A stretch of 64,000 bases of DNA from Selaginella moellendorffii. Its lineage: Eukaryota; Plantae; Lycopodiophyta. Positions 62,430 through 64,000 of the stretch are shown in pieces. The notes below the pieces were generated by a model. It was not told where the DNA came from. It was given only the letters and a program-made list of their open reading frames with translations, and made no database searches. The stretch lies in assembly GCF_000143415.4 (NCBI RefSeq), contig NW_003314387.1, forward strand, positions 124,001-188,000, read 5' to 3'. Each line of letters begins with the position of its first letter. Within the stretch, counting starts at the first letter, position 1. Both the position numbers and the translations under genes were made by a program.

Positions 62430-63080
62430 TGGGGCATGTCTTTGAACAAAAGTTTTGTTAGCAACCAAAGACACTCCACACCACTGCCATGAACTAGCCA
62501 GGTGATGTGTTTTTGTTGAACAACAATGTTTCCACAGGAATCTTTGCAAGAACTCCTCCAAGGATTGGCCCCGCAACCATTCCCAGGGTCTGGGTGAGAA
62601 TGAATGAGCAAGCTTGTGCACATTGTCTGCCTTTGAATACCAACAATACAGGGATCTGTACAATACCTTTTCACAAAGAACCACCCAGTAAAACCAATCC
62701 CATTTACCATATGCCCCACCAGAATGAGGTAGAGAACTTTGGTCCGGTCTGCAAGATGATATGGCCAAGAAGCAGGGAAACCGATGACAAGTCTAGAGTT
62801 GTGCCATACTTTCTCTCAAATTTTGGCAGGTTGGAGAGTGGAATCACCATGATAGATGAGACGAGAGTTACCACTCCCACAGTCAATCCGCTGAAAAGAG
62901 GTCCTCCACCCAAATGTTTGGCATTTGATTGACTTCAGCATTTGAGTTTATATGGAAATGAAATCACCTACATGATGTGGCCGTGGGTACAATAACAAAG
63001 AACATGTTAAAAAGGAAGTTTGCATAGAGAATGATGCATAGAGATACTAAAGGAGGAGCTGAAGCTTGGTTGCCATCCTT
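62430..63080 (-). pseudogene. N-terminal half of an MFS transporter (related to the MFS domain of SPX-MFS proteins, no SPX domain), frameshifted
   Basis: Stitched frames give SLCIILYANFLFNMFFVIVPTATS|YAKHLGGGPLFSGLTVG...LLLGHII..ADRTKVLYLILVGHMVNGIGFTGWFFVKRYCTDPCIVG...QTLGMVAGPILGGVL...FNKNTSPG*FMAVVW. Probable 47-nt intron at 62925-62971. Confidence 0.75.
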
Positions 63081-63541
63081 GCTCTTGGAATCAATGACAA
63101 ACACCTTTTTAAAATAATCCTAAACCTTTGTTTGGCCTAATCTACTCCCGGAGACATTAATCATTTTGGCAATGGTCCTCCTTCCTGACAAATTTCTCAC
63201 TCTTTACAGCCTAATTAGTTTGTGAATGCCATTAAAATTTTGCATAAGCTATAACTGGCTTCATTTTGGTTCACTTAATCGACAATTGTACATTTGACCA
63301 CCACCAAAATGTCTGTGGGCGAAATTCTCAGTCGCTTCTCAGTCGCACAAGGATAACTCTCGATCAGTGGAGGATTCAGTGTCAAGCACTGGCAGCATAG
63401 CAGATTCCGCGTTCTTTGAGGACCAGGAAAGACCTTACTTGCAAGAACTTCTATGGAAGGAAAGTTCGTGACAAGACAACATAGGGAATGGTGGGCGCCA
63501 ACCAAGATCATTGCTTCGCGAATGTGAGCACGAAATCGCTA

Positions 63542-64000
63542 TCATTGCTTCGCGAATGTAGGCATGAAATCGCTATACTGTTCCAACTGATGTGGAAAGA
63601 GGCAGAGCGAGACATCGATGCCGCCATCCACGGGCACAAACATGACGGTGCTCGTCTCTGGATCGAGCGGGAACACCGCGCGGCACGGCTTGCCCCACCC
63701 GAAATCCAGCTCCCGCGCGCCCAGCATCGCGCGCGGCCACGCGTTGATCCCCACGTCGCAATTCCCCGACGAGTACCAGAAATTGCGATTCTCTTCCAGG
63801 AAATCCCACCCGGATCGCAGGTACTCGTCGGTGATCTGCGCGCGCGCGCGCTGGATCTCGATCACCGCCGCCCCCAGCGGCTCGCCCACCAAATCGCGCT
63901 GCGTCATCTCCGCGTGAGCCCAGTAGATCGCGTTCCCCACGAACGTCGCGTCTAGCGGCGGCTGTACCGTGCGGCGGATGTCCAGTACGAATCGAAGCCG
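63542..64000 (-). CDS. BAHD acyltransferase, C-terminal part (gene extends beyond the window)
   Basis: GNAI motif and the diagnostic DFGWGKP. Open GC-rich frame running to the window edge. Confidence 0.9.
   Translation of the reverse strand, partial: RLRFVLDIRRTVQPPLDATFVGNAIYWAHAEMTQRDLVGEPLGAAVIEIQRARAQITDEYLRSGWDFLEENRNFWYSSGNCDVGINAWPRAMLGARELDFGWGKPCRAVFPLDPETSTVMFVPVDGGIDVSLCLFPHQLEQYSDFMPTFAKQ

Noticed and set aside
30052-64000. Intact isocyanide biosynthetic gene cluster (synthase, MFS, acyltransferase)
   Set aside because: The synthase and MFS are fragments more than 30 kb apart and separated by housekeeping genes. No functional cluster can be claimed in this window.

Overview
Eukaryotic land-plant genomic DNA. 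It is most likely a lycophyte such as Selaginella; this is inferred from the ~50-nt introns, the GC3-rich intronless PLS-PPR gene and the Tcn1-like chromovirus, and is not proven. Most of the window is nested Ty3/gypsy-type LTR retroelement sequence. There is one young, almost intact self-priming chromovirus (19205-24803) and several decayed gag-pol copies. There are also many solo or partial LTRs of three related long-LTR families, called A, B and C here; A and C carry a GGACTC-based satellite. Two full and one solo Cassandra-type TRIMs carry 5S rRNA sequence in their LTRs, and one fold-back element is built from two inverted LTR ends. Host genes form a very compact three-gene island at 46.9-53.1 kb (dual-domain SAM methyltransferase, PLS-E PPR, DUF707), plus the 3' part of a BAHD acyltransferase at the right edge. 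The most striking observations are: (1) an open, GC-rich fragment of a fungal-type isocyanide synthase (Dit1/PvcA family) inserted inside a retroelement, which suggests a source gene and possibly isocyanide chemistry in this plant; (2) a second fungal-looking relic, an SPX-less MFS transporter pseudogene; (3) the LTR-end fold-back with a perfect 5-bp TSD; (4) Tf1-like self-priming and a -1 frameshift signal in the young chromovirus. Family assignments come from motif recognition only; no database search was run.
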